This document shows, in pieces, positions 1 to 13,900 of a DNA stretch of 64,000 bases; positions within the stretch are counted from its first letter, which is position 1, and each line of letters begins with the position of its first letter. The position numbers were made by a program, and so were the translations under genes. The notes under the pieces are model-generated. The model was not told the origin of the DNA. It ran no database searches and saw only the letters and a program-made list of their open reading frames with translations. Origin of the DNA: Rhizophagus irregularis (Eukaryota); assembly GCF_026210795.1 (NCBI RefSeq), contig NC_089434.1, forward strand, positions 124,001 through 188,000, read 5' to 3'.

Positions 1-3000
1 TTTTCATGCTTAAGTAAAGTTGTTCGGCAAGGTCGAAAATATTTAGATAAATATTTTCATAGCAGTTGGATTAATACTTATGGGGTACGAGCATTTTTTC
101 ATAATAATACCAATTACGAATTTATTTTTTTTAAAAAAAAATTAATTAGATTTTTTTAAAGAAAGTAAGTGAATAATAGTTTCGAAGTAAAGTTAAAGAT
201 GTGTGTCTTTAAGATTTTTTTTATAGTATTTTTGTAATTCAAAGTACTTTTTTTACTAATAAAAGTTATTTATCTTTAAAGAATAAGAATTAAACTTAGT
301 AAAAATAAAAAATTTTTAAAATTTATTGTAATGATTATAAAATATTTTGTTTATTTAATATTTAAAAAAATTTAGGTCTCTGAAAATCTAAGGTAAAATT
401 TAATATAATTTTAAAAGGTCACTATATATATATGGTAAAATTATGAGATAAGAAAGGTTGGTAAAATTACTAGTAAATCTGAAATTTTGCCCGGAGACCT
501 TTATTAGAAGTAAGCGGGGTCCTATTAGTATCAATGAAGAAGCATTAATTCTTAAAGGAAATGCAAAAAAAACTTTTAATGAACTTATAAAACTTGATAG
601 TATATAAATTATATATCTATAAAGTTTCGAATTAGATAAACAATAAAAATATATTGATAATCAAGTCATATTTCAAATTTTAGCAAATTTTATATAAATT
701 TAGATGTGATAATTCAATTTTGAGCAGATTAGGCTAATTTTGAAAGGAGCAAAAAGTGTCTAATTTCATGCAGATCAGTTGTGAGTTATATATATAATGT
801 CTGGGGTCCTGTTATATAGCTAAGAATAATATGTTTCAAATGATATTTACCATTTTACTTATTGAGTTAAATTGACTACTTAATAATGCATATGTAGTAT
901 TGTTATAAAATACATACATGAACATTGGACAATTTTAAACTGGATAGTACAGTTCATGTCAGCTATAATTTCATACTTGGAATATTTTGTTTGCATTAAT
1001 GCCAGCCATTTTTCTTGTTAATTTCAGCCAAAAGATTTTTAAGGTTGGTTATTAACTTATCTATATTTGCAAAATCTATAGACTATAAACATATATGAAC
1101 ATGAATTCGTTTAGATATTCGTATCCACAAAAAATTGCCAGATAATATTCTATATACAATATTGTATATATGTGAGGTATAATGAGTAGATTGTATTTTA
1201 ATAATATTATATTAAAATTTATATTAAATAATTACTTTCATGTATTTTTTTTATTAATTTTACTTTAACATATAATGTAAAAAAAAATAAAAATAAAAAA
1301 ATATTTTAAGTATAAAATTTAAATAATTAGCTGATAATTATTTGTGTTAAAATAATTATATAAACTATTAAATTAGTTAAATTAAATAAATTAAGTTTAG
1401 CAATTCTAATTAAATTAAGTACTAGTTAAATTGGCTCAAATTTTGATTTAGTCCAATTTATGCAACTTTATATTAGAATAATTTTTAATTTTATTTAATA
1501 AATTTAAAAAGCTTCTTGTTAAACCAAATTTTACCTATTAAAAAATTTATAATTTAATAAATTTAATAATATTTCAAAATTTTAATTCATTTAATCACTT
1601 AAGTAAAAAATGGTAATGAAAACTTCTAATTTTACATGAAAAGTACAATGATTAAATATAAGTATTTATAAAAAAAAAAATTGACAAAAAAGTAAATTTA
1701 AAATTGCAACAGTTTTGCCATCTGTCTAATTAATGATAAATTGAATTCAAATATTAAGATAAATTTCAATATTTTGAATCTTAAAATGGTATTTAATAAT
1801 TACTATATATTGCAAGGTATAGTATCCTAAGTATAATACAAATTTCAGATGATTAATTTTATATTACTATTACATTTATCTATAACATAAATTTTATTAC
1901 AATGGCATATATTTCAAAAGCTTGTTTTATAATAATCAGAAAATTACTATTTACATATAATTTCTGGGTAAAATTCAATTCTCTAAATAATAACTGAAAA
2001 TCAATAGAGAAAATATATAACCTGCAATATATGGTCTGAATTGGCTAAATGAAATTGCAACCACATGATTATTTTGCTTTAAATTTAAGCTGATCATATA
2101 AAATCACTATATGTTAAAATGCTTATAACTTTTATAAAAATCTGATTGGTAATTTAGTAGTTCTCATCTTGTAAAATATCTCTTTAAAGTGTAGAAAGAT
2201 TTATAAGTATCACAATTATATTGTTGAGTATAGATTTCCTGCACTATACAAACGTGATTTATATAAATCAGTTAAAAAAGTTGCCAAAAAGCTATATCTA
2301 CCCAGGAGCTCCTACACTAATAAGACACCATGAATTGCTTTCCATCTTGTTAACATTAACTCTTGTGGTTTGCTTAATCTTTTCTAATACTGCTTCAAAG
2401 TTGCACAGTTGTAATGGCATATATATTGTATTAGGTAATTCAAATTAAACTTTTGGCCATTCTTTTTAATATTATCAATAATTTCTTTAACTGATGAAAA
2501 TGAAGTAACATGTATACTATTTAAGGAATGCAGGGCAGTAACGATTGTGTGCACACTTACTAATTTTCAAAAGTTCTAATCACCCTAATTGTTCAAAAAA
2601 AATAATGATAGAAAAATGTAATGTGGATTCATGATGTAAACTTTTACTAGCAGCGTCAGGCACTCGTACGATGACGAGACTTTTATTGGCTACATCCTTA
2701 TCTGAAAAATATTTTGAAAAAAAGTTCGATAGGCATCAACTCTTTGTCTACATTTTTAATTTGTTCTTCAGCGAGAGCAATGTCAGAATCATTGAAGTGT
2801 AACATTTATTTCAAATAAGAAACTTGAGGTCTCCAATTTTGAGGCTCCATTAATATTATTTTTCACAAACATGAACCGTAAAAGATACGTTTTCATTTGA
2901 AGATAATTCCGTAAAGTGATAAAGAAAGAAGTCTTGAAGGTATATATACTTGCCCAATTGGATACAAATTTTTAATCACGTGTACAGGCCGGAATCAGTT

Positions 3001-3310
3001 CTGTTTATTATTATAACAACTAACTTTAATTTATCTTTTTCCAAAGTTAATTTATTTTGTTGTAATAAATGCATATGCGTGCGAAAATTTTAAATATTGT
3101 GATTATACTGTATACTTTACAACTGGTTTTACCGCAGCAAAATTGGTAATGGTGTACCCTAAAATACATCATCGTGAAATAAAAATTTGTTTAGAATATT
3201 CTAGAATTAACTACAATGCACTAGCATGTACTTCTAGTTTATTATAAAAAGGAAATCAAACTGACAGGTTCAAGTTTGCGAGACAATAAAAAAAAACCAA
3301 AAAAAAAAAT

Positions 3311-4538
3311 ATGGGTAAAGACTATTATAAAATTCTTGAAGTTGATAAAAATGCAGACGATGAACAGCTTAAGAAAGCCTATCGGAAACTAGGTAGGTTT
3401 AATAAATTTGCGTTCCTTTGTTAATTTTTCGGTTTTTTTTTAAAAAAAAAAATTAATAATTTTAGCATTGAAATGGCATCCGGACAGACATCAAACTGAT
3501 AAAGATGCAGCGGAACAAAAATTTAAAGAAATTAGTGAAGCTTTTGAAGTACTGAGTGATAAAAATAAAAGACAGATTTATGACATGTATGGTGAAGAGG
3601 GTTTGAAAGCAGGTCCACCCCCATCTGAAAGTAGTGCTGGTGGTGCTAGTTTTGCGGAAGGATTTCCAGGTGGCTTTGCCAATTTCCCTGGCCGCACGAC
3701 CTTTACCTTTAGTAGTAAACGTAAGTATTAAAAGTATTGAGTATTGATTATAAATATTTAAAATATTTTTATTAATATATATTCTCTTTTATATTCAGCG
3801 GGATTTAATCCATCAGATCCGAATGATATCTTTAAACAATTCTTTTCAGATTTCGGAGGCGATGACGATTTTATGAATGCATTTCCTGGTGGTTTCTCTA
3901 GAAGAAGTAGAGGCGGTAAAACATCTTCTGATGAATTTATGAGTGATTTCTTTTCTAGATCACGTGGGCAAGAAAGTGGTGGTGCATTAGAGGTTAAACA
4001 CACTTTGCCATTAACTCTTGAGGAGATCTACAAAGGAACTACAAAAAAACTTAAAGTCACGCGAAAACTTATTGATAGTGCTACTAACAAAGTAGTTCCT
4101 ACTGACAAAATTTTGGAATTTAATGTTAGACCGGGAATGAAAGCTGGGTCTAAATTTAGATTTCCAAAATCTGGAGATGAATTACCAAATGGGGAAACGC
4201 AAGATATCGTTGTAGTTTTAGAAGAAAAACCACATCCTATATTTAAACGTGATGGAGACGATCTACGTATTACTTTAACTCTAACTTTACTTGAAGCACT
4301 TGCAGGATTTAAAAAGACTATTCAAACATTGGATGGTAGAAGATTGGCTATCTCGGATACTTCAGTAATAAAGCCGGGTCAAGAGCAAAGATTTTCTAAT
4401 GAAGGAATGCCTACGAAAGACCCACAGAGAAAAGGTGATCTTTTGGTGAAATACGATGTTAAGTTTCCTATTAAGTTAACGGAAAATCACAAAAATACCT
4501 TAAAAAGCGCTTTACAAGACGTTAATTATGAATCATGA
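3311..4538 (+). CDS. SIS1: Class II Hsp40/DnaJ co-chaperone (Sis1/DNAJB-like), 3 exons
   Basis: Exon 1 (3311-3392) reads [11 protein letters not shown] and splices to ALKWHPD (J-domain HPD). G/F-rich linker. Second intron is ~3722-3798. DnaJ C-terminal domain (LEEIYKG...GEGMP-like, [12 protein letters not shown]), no Zn finger. Confidence 0.92.
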
Positions 4539-4718
4539 TTTTTTCTTTCCGAAAAAGTTTATTTTTATTTTATTACTATTATTTGATTATCGTACTAATT
4601 ATTAAAAAAATAGATAAATCATTTGTAAAAATTTATTCTCACCTTTCATGAGTAAATTATTACTTTAATAAAACCATTTATATAGTTGTAATATAATAAT
4701 TAAATACTGTAACTAGAA

Positions 4719-5292
4719 TTATAATAAAAGAGAACCCCAACCAGCAAGCATAATTAAAGCTCCAATAGGAGTAACAGGACCTAAAAATTTAAATCTAAGT
4801 TTATTCAAAACTAATAAATATATAGTTCCACTAAACATAGTGGTTCCAGCTAAAATCAAGCAACCTGCTAATATAGCTGGTTTTCCTGTTTTTGGATTAT
4901 TTACACTTGATAAAACTAATAATGCTACGGAATTCATAATTTGATAATTTGTTGCTATTTGCCAATTCTTGACGGAAATAATAATAAATTAATAATGTTA
5001 TCCGTCTATAAAATGTTATTTGTATATATAGATAATTCAATAAATACCTTTATTCTTGTTTGATCAGTTATATGTTTTTGAAGACCATGAGAACCTAATT
5101 TAATAACGGATCAGTAAAAATATCATCATTCAATATCGTTTATAACCGACTTACCGTAAGCACCTAATGCAATTCCTGAAAAACCTTTTTATGAAAAAAT
5201 TAATAATAAATTGATTTATAATTCCTTTTAAACAAATTAATATATTTACCTAAAAATGCTCCAGCCTGCCAAAGAAAAAGTTGAGATGGCAT
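4719..5292 (-). CDS. TMEM256/DUF423 family small membrane protein, 4 exons
   Basis: Spliced reading MPSQLFLWQAGAFLG-FSGIALGAYG-SHGLQKH...NWQIATNYQIMNS...FSGTIYLLVL...GPVTPIGALIMLAGW matches the family pattern. Confidence 0.88.
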
Positions 5293-5471
5293 GATGTTAG
5301 GTATAAACCAGAGAAATATGTCCAACAAAGATATCATAATTTACGAGACTTTTAAAAAAGACAACTGATCAACATTGAATGTTTCTGGAATTGCTAAATA
5401 TAGAAACTACAATAGATTACCATTATATTGGTTAAAACAAATCTAAAAAAAAAATTTAGACTTTCTAAATA

Positions 5472-6444
5472 ATGATAATGAAACACATTGCTTCAACTAG
5501 AGGTCTTGAAATTTTCCGCAACTTTCGATTGACTTTAATTTATTCTTTTGTAAACTTTATTATTTATTTTTTATTAGGTTTTAAGTGTATCTTTCGTCAA
5601 AAGACATTCAACGGTACACCGCTTCCTGTTGTCCGCTCATGTATTGTATCCAATTTGAATTATATGTTACGTAATTAATTCTTTTAAGTATTAAAAAAAT
5701 TAACTCCACTCGAAATTTAATGCAACAGCTTCTTCGAAAACGTCAGCAAATAATCAATCAACTTATATAAATTCTTTCAACTCAACTTCGGAGATACTGA
5801 CATTAAAAAATATTCCACCACCAAAAGCTCCGCAAAAAAAGAAAACAAAACACGGAAATAATTTTAAGTCACTTGCAGTTTATCATTATAATTTATATTA
5901 TGCGCAACTTCATTTTAATAGATTGGTTTTTATAGTTCAACATAATAATCTTAACATACAAGAACAAATTATACTCCGAAGAGAATTAAAACAAAAAGGA
6001 GCAGTTCTTACAGTAACACGTGGAAGTATATTTGGAGCAGTTGTACGTCAATCAATATTATATAGTAATTTGTTGCCTCTGGTTGTCGGACCAACTTGTA
6101 TGATTGGATCAAATGTTACCGATGAAGAAAATCCAAAATTAGTTGCTGATATTTTTAACATTATTAATAAGAACAAGAAGTTTATTTTGGTTGGTGGAAA
6201 AATGGATAGATCTTTATTGAACTTGGAAGGGTTTCAAAATGTAACGAAATTACCAGGATTAAAACATCTTCAAAGTGAACTAATTGGATTACTGAATTCT
6301 CCTGGTTCAAGAGTCGTTGAATTATTGAATAATAATCCTCAAAATTTGATTTTCACTCTTGATACACATAAAAATAACTTTGGTACTCAAAATTCAGGAG
6401 AAAAATCCCGGAGCGATCAAGATGATCCTTTAAGAAATAAATGA
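5472..6444 (+). CDS. Mitochondrial ribosomal protein uL10 (yeast MRPL11-like); 5' exon structure uncertain
   Basis: QHNNL...LRRELK...LLVGPT-like...LVGGKMDRSLL...LPGLKHLQSELIGLL is an L10 domain. The frame stays open upstream of 5923 to about 5720. The start at 5472 is tentative. Confidence 0.8.
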
Positions 6445-6622
6445 ATTAAGTTTAGTTTTATATTATTTTCTAGAGTAAGAAAATTAATTTTTTACCTTTT
6501 TGGTGTTTCTAATTGTAAAAAAAAACTCTTCTTTCTTTTTTTGTTTAGTTTAAGTCAAAAGAAAGAAATAAATAAATAAATAAAATAAATGAATAAATAA
6601 ATTGTTTTATTAATTATCTCTA

Positions 6623-7385
6623 TTATTTATTATGCCACAAGAAATTTTTGAGAGAAGCCCAATGATCAGAATCTAGATACAAATATTGCATAGAAGCTTG
6701 CAGAGAAGGTTGTAAAACATCTCGGTCGTGACGGAAAAGCCACATAACAATACCCCAAACCACAGCTGCAAATATCGGGAAAGTGTGTTTAGGTTCTTCC
6801 ATTGTTTTACGAGAAACTGGGAGTTTAGCTAATCCCACCATAATACGTGCAAAAACATAAAGCACAATCTAAATTAAAATGTTTAAAAGAAAGGGTGAAT
6901 GTTTTTTTTATTTACAACTTATTTGAAGAAAAACAAACTACCTGCTGATTGATGTTATTGTTTTCACCAAAAACAAAATAACCACCAATTAAACCGGCTA
7001 TAAATGAATGGCCATTCTGTTCTTTACCAACAATTTTTCTCTGTACATACATCAAAGTTTTATATATTGTAACAAATTTTGCTAAATTCTTTGAGTGTGT
7101 TTTTGTAGCATCAAAAACAAATTTTAGTTTATCCTCAAGACTTATCAATTTATAATTAAGGAAAGAAAAAAAAAAGTTAATAAAATATTTTCATTTAAAA
7201 GAAAGATACTTTTCTTTTTAATTAAATAAAAATTACCTTCCGGAACGAAATAAAAATGACATAACTAGAGCATGAGGAAATCTAACTTTGGCACCATAAA
7301 CAGCACCATTACGAAAACCTTTGACAATTGCCAAAACATCATGATGGTCCGGATTATTAATGTATTGTGTAATTAAGTCCAACAT
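6623..7385 (-). CDS. PXMP4: Peroxisomal membrane protein 4 (PXMP4/PMP24, Tim17 family), 3 exons
   Basis: N-terminus KGFRNGAVYGAKVRFPHALVM, middle HSKNLAKFVTIYK...NINQQ, C-terminus LQPSLQASMQYLYLDSDHW. Confidence 0.92.
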
Positions 7386-7696
7386 CAAAAAAAAAAATAA
7401 TTATAAAATATCGAAGCAGAAAGGATTTGCTACCAAAGTATCTCAAATGATTGGCTGTAACAAGAAGTGTGGCGCAGAAATTTTTTTTTCGTGTCAGTCA
7501 CGTATTTTTTTTTTTTAAAAAAAAAATTATAAAGCCTTTTATTAAAATTCATAAATTTAAACTTTAATTGTCCTTTAAAAAAAGAAGGAAATTTGTTTGA
7601 TTACGATACATAGGAATTTGTAGAAGTTGAATGCTATATATATATCAGCCTTAAATAGTATCTTAGAGAAATAAGTTATCACTAAATTTTTTTTTT

Positions 7697-8756
7697 TTAC
7701 TCGGTTTTTGTTGCATAGAATCTGTGAATTGTAGCACGAGTGCCATAATTTTCAAATTCAGTTTCAATTGTTTTCAATAATTTATCAATTTCAGCATCTT
7801 TCCCACCTTGCTTGCTAGAAGTAGTTAAACTAGATCTTCTAATATGTCCAGAATTATTGTTTTTCTTAATACTATTCATTAAACTATTTCTTCTTACATT
7901 ACTATTATTTATATTTAATTTTAATTCATGACCTATAGAATTTAATATACATCTATAAGATTCCAACGTATAAGTTGTAAGTGATTGAGCTAATTTATCA
8001 TGGGATAATCTTGAACTAATGGTAAATTCTCGGTGTTCATGGTAAATCGGAGAAGAAATGTTTGGAGTTGAAGAGAAATGTTGGGCGTGTAACAATGTTA
8101 CATCTGGATTTATGCCACGTGATTGTAATTTCTTTCTAACTATTTAGTCAAGAAAAGTTAGTATAGATATTTAATTATAAAAATCATTCAATCACACACT
8201 TACATGAGTAATTTATACGTTCGGTAACAGGTCCTTCATTAATTAATTTTAATTCGGGATCAGATATTTCAATCCAACCACCGATCTTACACACTCTCAT
8301 TAATTCAGAATACATAAATTGTTCCCATTGTGTTTCAGTTAGATCAAATATCATAAAACGAATGTGTACAAAATCAAAAGTCGAATCTGGAAATGGAAGA
8401 CCATTAAGAAAATCGTGATGTATAAATTGAACATTAAATGGTTTCGTTGTAGGAAATAAAGGAAGTAAATCTATTCCTATATAGCGGGAAGATGGATAAT
8501 CTGATGACATTTCACAAATCCAAGCTCCTGAACCACAACCCACATCTAACACTTTAGCACCACTAATTAAACGTGGTTTAATTGGAGAAGAGAAATTACC
8601 ATTCCATCCTTCTCTAAGTACACAATGACCTAAATGTATTACTTCATCAACTGTGGCTAAATTATTGTTTTCAAGAAATAATTCTCTATAATTATTATTC
8701 GTTAAAGTTTTATTATTAATACTTCGATTGTTAAGTTTTGATTGAATTGTACCCAT
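7697..8756 (-). CDS. Class I SAM-dependent methyltransferase (LaeA/Methyltransf_25-like), 2 exons
   Basis: VLDVGCGSGAW, GIDL, LPFPDSTFDFVHIR motifs. One intron (~8143-8203) joins the two ORF-track fragments. Confidence 0.85.
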
Positions 8757-10945
8757 AATAATGTACCTATATATGTGTGTATATATGTATATTAAATTTC
8801 TAAATATTTTATTTGTTTTTATATATATATTAATTTTTTTTTTTTTTTTTTGTTGAATGTAATCGAAAGAAAAAATGGGGTTTAGATAAAAGAAAAAAGA
8901 AAGTGCATCGTCTCTCTACTGTCTGTCAACAAGAGAGTGGCGTTGATAAATGCAAAGAAATGATTTTATTTTATTATTTTGGATTATAATTGATTTTAAT
9001 TGGTGTTTGTGAATAATTATTGTTATTTCTGATTCGGAAATATATATTGGAGAAAAAAAAGTTTATCTGCGGGAGCAAATTTATTGAGCACCAATTATAT
9101 TCATTTACTTTGTTTGCATTCTTTTCATTCTAAACCAAAATCATATATTTTATAAATAATCACCATTGTTAGTAAAAATGATGCACTTTATGATATCACT
9201 GAAAGTTACTAGATCATCTTGCTTATCTCGTGACAGATCAAAAATCGGCAAAGATCTATAATATCACCTGATAATATAAAAAAAAGCCACACATAATAAT
9301 GCTTTAAACTCTACAAGATAGAATGAGTAATCAATCAATATTTCCAATGCTATATATGCAGCATAATTAATTATTCTGTAATTAAATGAATTGAGTCTCA
9401 ATACAATTATGTTCATGATGAAAAAAATATTGTCTTAAATAGAAAGGATATAAGGATGGTATAAAATGTACCAGTAGGTCTATGATTTTATATATCCTAT
9501 GTTTTCTGAAAAAATTTTCATGTAAAATTTCTATTAGAGTAATAGAAAATGAAATGATTAATATAATTTCATTCTAAACATCACGCCACATTTCTGCGTA
9601 ACTGATATCATATGCCTGTGATATATTACTACTAGTCATGATTTATTTTATCACAAATAAATAATCTACTTACTCGTCTTTAGCTATATTACAAAGTCCG
9701 ATTGAGTCTTAAAACTCTATTCTCATAAACCCTTATTACAGAGAATGAAGAGAATGAAAGTCTCATGACGAAAAATTGATTGAGTGTGCAAAGTAACCTA
9801 GATAGTCTAATTAATAACACATTTAATCGGCATAATGAAATCCGTCACGATTGGGTGTTAATGTCATTCTATGACAAAGAACTGTTAATATTGATAAAGG
9901 TTGATGTAACGATGAATTCCGTGGTATAAACATTAAACTCTAGAACAGGTGGAAATAAAACTTCAGACTTCATTTCCCGAAGAAATGAACCTCTTCAAGG
10001 AACCTTTGCAAAAGGTTTCCAACGCTCTCAGTATCCGGAACAAATAAGAAGTGAATTTTTTTTCTCATCTTGCTAATTTAATTTATAGACAATACTTATC
10101 TCTTCAAATTTATTGGTATAAAAATTTCAACACTGTAGGCACAAATTTTATATTCGCGTGTATTACAACTGATCTTGCTCAGAGGAGACCTTTTCGATGG
10201 ACACATTACATCTTTTCGTTAAATTAGTTAGACAGGTTGTATTATACTAAATCGCCTAGCTTTATTTTCATTTTTTTTTTATTTCTGTATTTATAAAAGC
10301 TTGTTCTTTCTGTATTTGTTATCTACTAAATAAAACGAAATTTAAATAACAATATTAAAAATCAATTGAAATACGTGAATTGATTTTAGAGGTAAGTTTT
10401 CCATCGGTTGCTTTGCAACATGAGTGCAGATATAAAAACAAGCGAAGTGTAAAATAAAAAGTAAGATCAGGTATGATAGATCGCAAATCAATTTTCGTTA
10501 TTCTTTTTTATTAACTTTACGATGTCTTTATAGACTCATTTAATATTTGATATTGTTAGTGATGCTAAAACGTTTTCAGTAAGTTCCATGGCAAGGCATA
10601 AAACATTTACCCGCCAATGCTAGTTAATTGGAGTAATTAAGAAAATAGTATCATGCCTATACTCCTATTTCTGATATAAAATCGGATCTTGGCGTATTTA
10701 AATACGAAAAAGCTAGCATAATCACTCAAGCAATGAGACAGATAATTATTATATTATTGAGTCATATTAAAATTTGTAAACATATTATACTAAAAACATA
10801 TAAAAAATTTACATGCATATTTTAAGACTTCTATATAAATAATAAATAATATAACTAGAATATCAATAAATTTTGATGACAACAAATAAATTATAAATAC
10901 AACAATATAAATACAAAAAAATCAATACAAAATAGCTAGGTTATA

Positions 10946-13900
10946 TTATGTAAATATTTCAAAAGGAGTAACAGCATTTGAAATTATACTTCCAAATAAA
11001 TTTTCTTGACTTAAAAATTGTGTAGGGAATACTACTAGATGTCCACGAATATTTTTTAATTTTTCTTCTATTTCTTCTTTTGTTGCTTCAGAATTTGCTA
11101 CATGGCCTGTTGGTACTTTTGCAGGATCAGGAACAAATTCCTTATATTGATCCCAATTAATAACTATAATAAAAAATAAGTTAAAAATTATTATTTTTTA
11201 TCAAGGAAAAAAAAAATGAAAACTTACCATTATCATCAGGTACACATCTAAACACAGAACGATAAGTTTCAGTATTATTATGTGCGACAGATTGCCAATA
11301 ATCATAAAATTCCTCCGAAAGTGGGTCCATAACAACTAAATCTTCTTTTGTAGGATGCTTAGGTTTCTTGGGAGGATAAAATGAAGCAGGGTCATCTAAT
11401 ATTGATGTGAATGGCTTTTCTTCCCCAACTGTTAAGTCATATAATATATCTGGTTTTATTGGTGGTAAACAACTTTTTGTAATTGAAGAATGATCTTGTA
11501 TTTCAAGTAATCCAAGATGCTCTTTAAATAAAGAGCTCCGCAATGTATATGCAAATTTGGATGCCTGATACTATATGTTAAAAATAATATTATTCTTTAA
11601 TATCTGATATTTTTTTAAAAAAAATATGTTATTATTTATTTACCGGCTTTCCATTCATACGTGCATCAACTTTCTTATTATCTTTAATAACAATCGCAAT
11701 CTCCGAGTCACGATTTCCAAGTTGAGACCTGTCATTTAAATTAGCTATATAAAGGATAGGCAATAGGCCAAACCAAGTTAATTATTAGTTACGTGAAATG
11801 CAACTTAGAAGCTATAACTAATATACCACCGATATTTTTTCTATTAAAAATCTTTGATAGAAATTTAGAAATTTTCTTACCTGAACCAATAATAACATAA
11901 CGATCATCAACAATCATTAATTTACTATGTATATAAATTTCTTCCGTAAAATGCTTAAGAACAACTGGCTCTCCTACTTTTTCATCGGAAAATGAAACTT
12001 TTGAAAAACGTGATTCTTTATCATTTTCACTTTTACTTTCGTTATCAAATGGTACTTCTGGTTGCTTTGATTCAGTTATATTTTGATTTTTATCCAATGA
12101 TTTACTAGAAGTTGGTTCATTTAAATGTGTTGAATTATCTTCTGATGACCTTTCTTGATTTTGTTTTTCTCTCCTTGCTTTTAAAGACAATAATGACTTC
12201 TTTGATCGAAGTGATTTATTTTCACCCTTATTATTAACATGATGTACTTTATCATATCCACGTAATGAGTAAAAGGTAATATATTTCTCTGAATTAATTC
12301 CTGCCTCACTTAATTTTTCTAAAATTCCTTTTCCGCCACGACATATTGACATATATTGCCAATGCATCACCATGCTAAAAAAGAATATATATATTTGAGA
12401 AAAAGTATACTCATTATAATATGTAATTAAAGAAATCACTTACCGAATTGTTCCAGCATCGCTTGAATTTAAATCAGACTCAAATGATGGTAATAAAGGC
12501 ATAATTACAATAATTCGGAATTTTTCATTATTTTCATGTGCCTTTTTAATTCTTTCAACAATACACTAAAAGTAATTAAATTTTAATTAAAGGTTAACAC
12601 ATTAGAATTATTAATAATAAAATGACTTACCTCGCCTATCCTATTCTTGATAACGTATTTTGGATCATTTTCTTCATTTTCTGTAGTTGTAACTAAAATA
12701 TGAAAAAATATTAGAAATTCAATTTTAAATTTAATAATATCACTTATAAACTTACTAAAAAATTGATTCTCAATGTAAATAAAATGTTTCGAAGTTCTAA
12801 TCAAATGACAATATGCATTATATATGGAGCTCTATAAAATAAATAAATTAAATCAATAAATAATTTATATATTTTTTTTTTTAAGGAAAAAAATAAATGA
12901 ATACCTCACGTTCGATTCCACTACTCCAATATGCACTGCTCCTTAATAATTGTACATCACATGTTCCTTAAATTAATAAAATAGGTTATGAAAATTTGAG
13001 ATAATCTTAAATAAATTCCCATTTAAAATTTACCTCTGAATTTACTTTCATCACGTGTACTAACGTATTCTCCTTTTGGAGTTAAAAACGGAAATTTATC
13101 TTTATCATAAGCTTTCTCATCTTTAATAAAATTCCATCTTTGGACAAAATGTCTTGCCACATCTCTCGCTGGTGGTCCAACCTAAAAATAAATTTAATAT
13201 AAAATTTTGTTTGGTTAGATTTTTAATTATTAAAAAAATTTTAAATCTTAATTTATTGATATACTTACCATTCCTAACAAAAAAAATAAATAAATAAAAA
13301 TTTAATTAATATTAACTATTAAATTTCTTATGTAATTACAATGCATTAATCCTATATATACCTATTGAAACATCATGCCATGGCATACGAGGAGCTTGTG
13401 ATTTATCAACCATCGAGGTTTCATAATCAACAACTAAAAAAAAAGAAAAGGAATCAATAAAATAATATTATCAAATATTGACCGCAGTTAATTCTTACCA
13501 TTCTGAAAATCTTTTATCCTCGGATTAGAATAGTCCTGACCTGGCCATATTGTGGGTTGTTTAAAATTATCCGGACACCAATCAGCTAATTCATGATTGT
13601 GTGTATCATAACGGCCAAAGCATAAATCTAATCCCCCGATAAATGCAATACGACAATCAACAACTACTATTTTCTGATAAACAAAGATTATTTAGGTAAA
13701 TATTATTAATTTCAGGATTGGCATAAATTAAAGGAATCAAAATACCTCATGATGCTAAAATTTGAAATTAAATAAAAAATTAATAAATAATTGTATGTGT
13801 ATTCAATATATAATTAAAAATAATTAAAAAAACTTACAGCCCAAAACATTGTACCCTCAGGTCCATGATCTGGATGTCTTTGAACTATAAAAAGTTAATT

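Noticed and set aside
1..2600. AT-rich region with faint coding-like remnants and ORF 2221-2448
   Set aside because: Probably decayed TE sequence, but I could not support any motif or termini.
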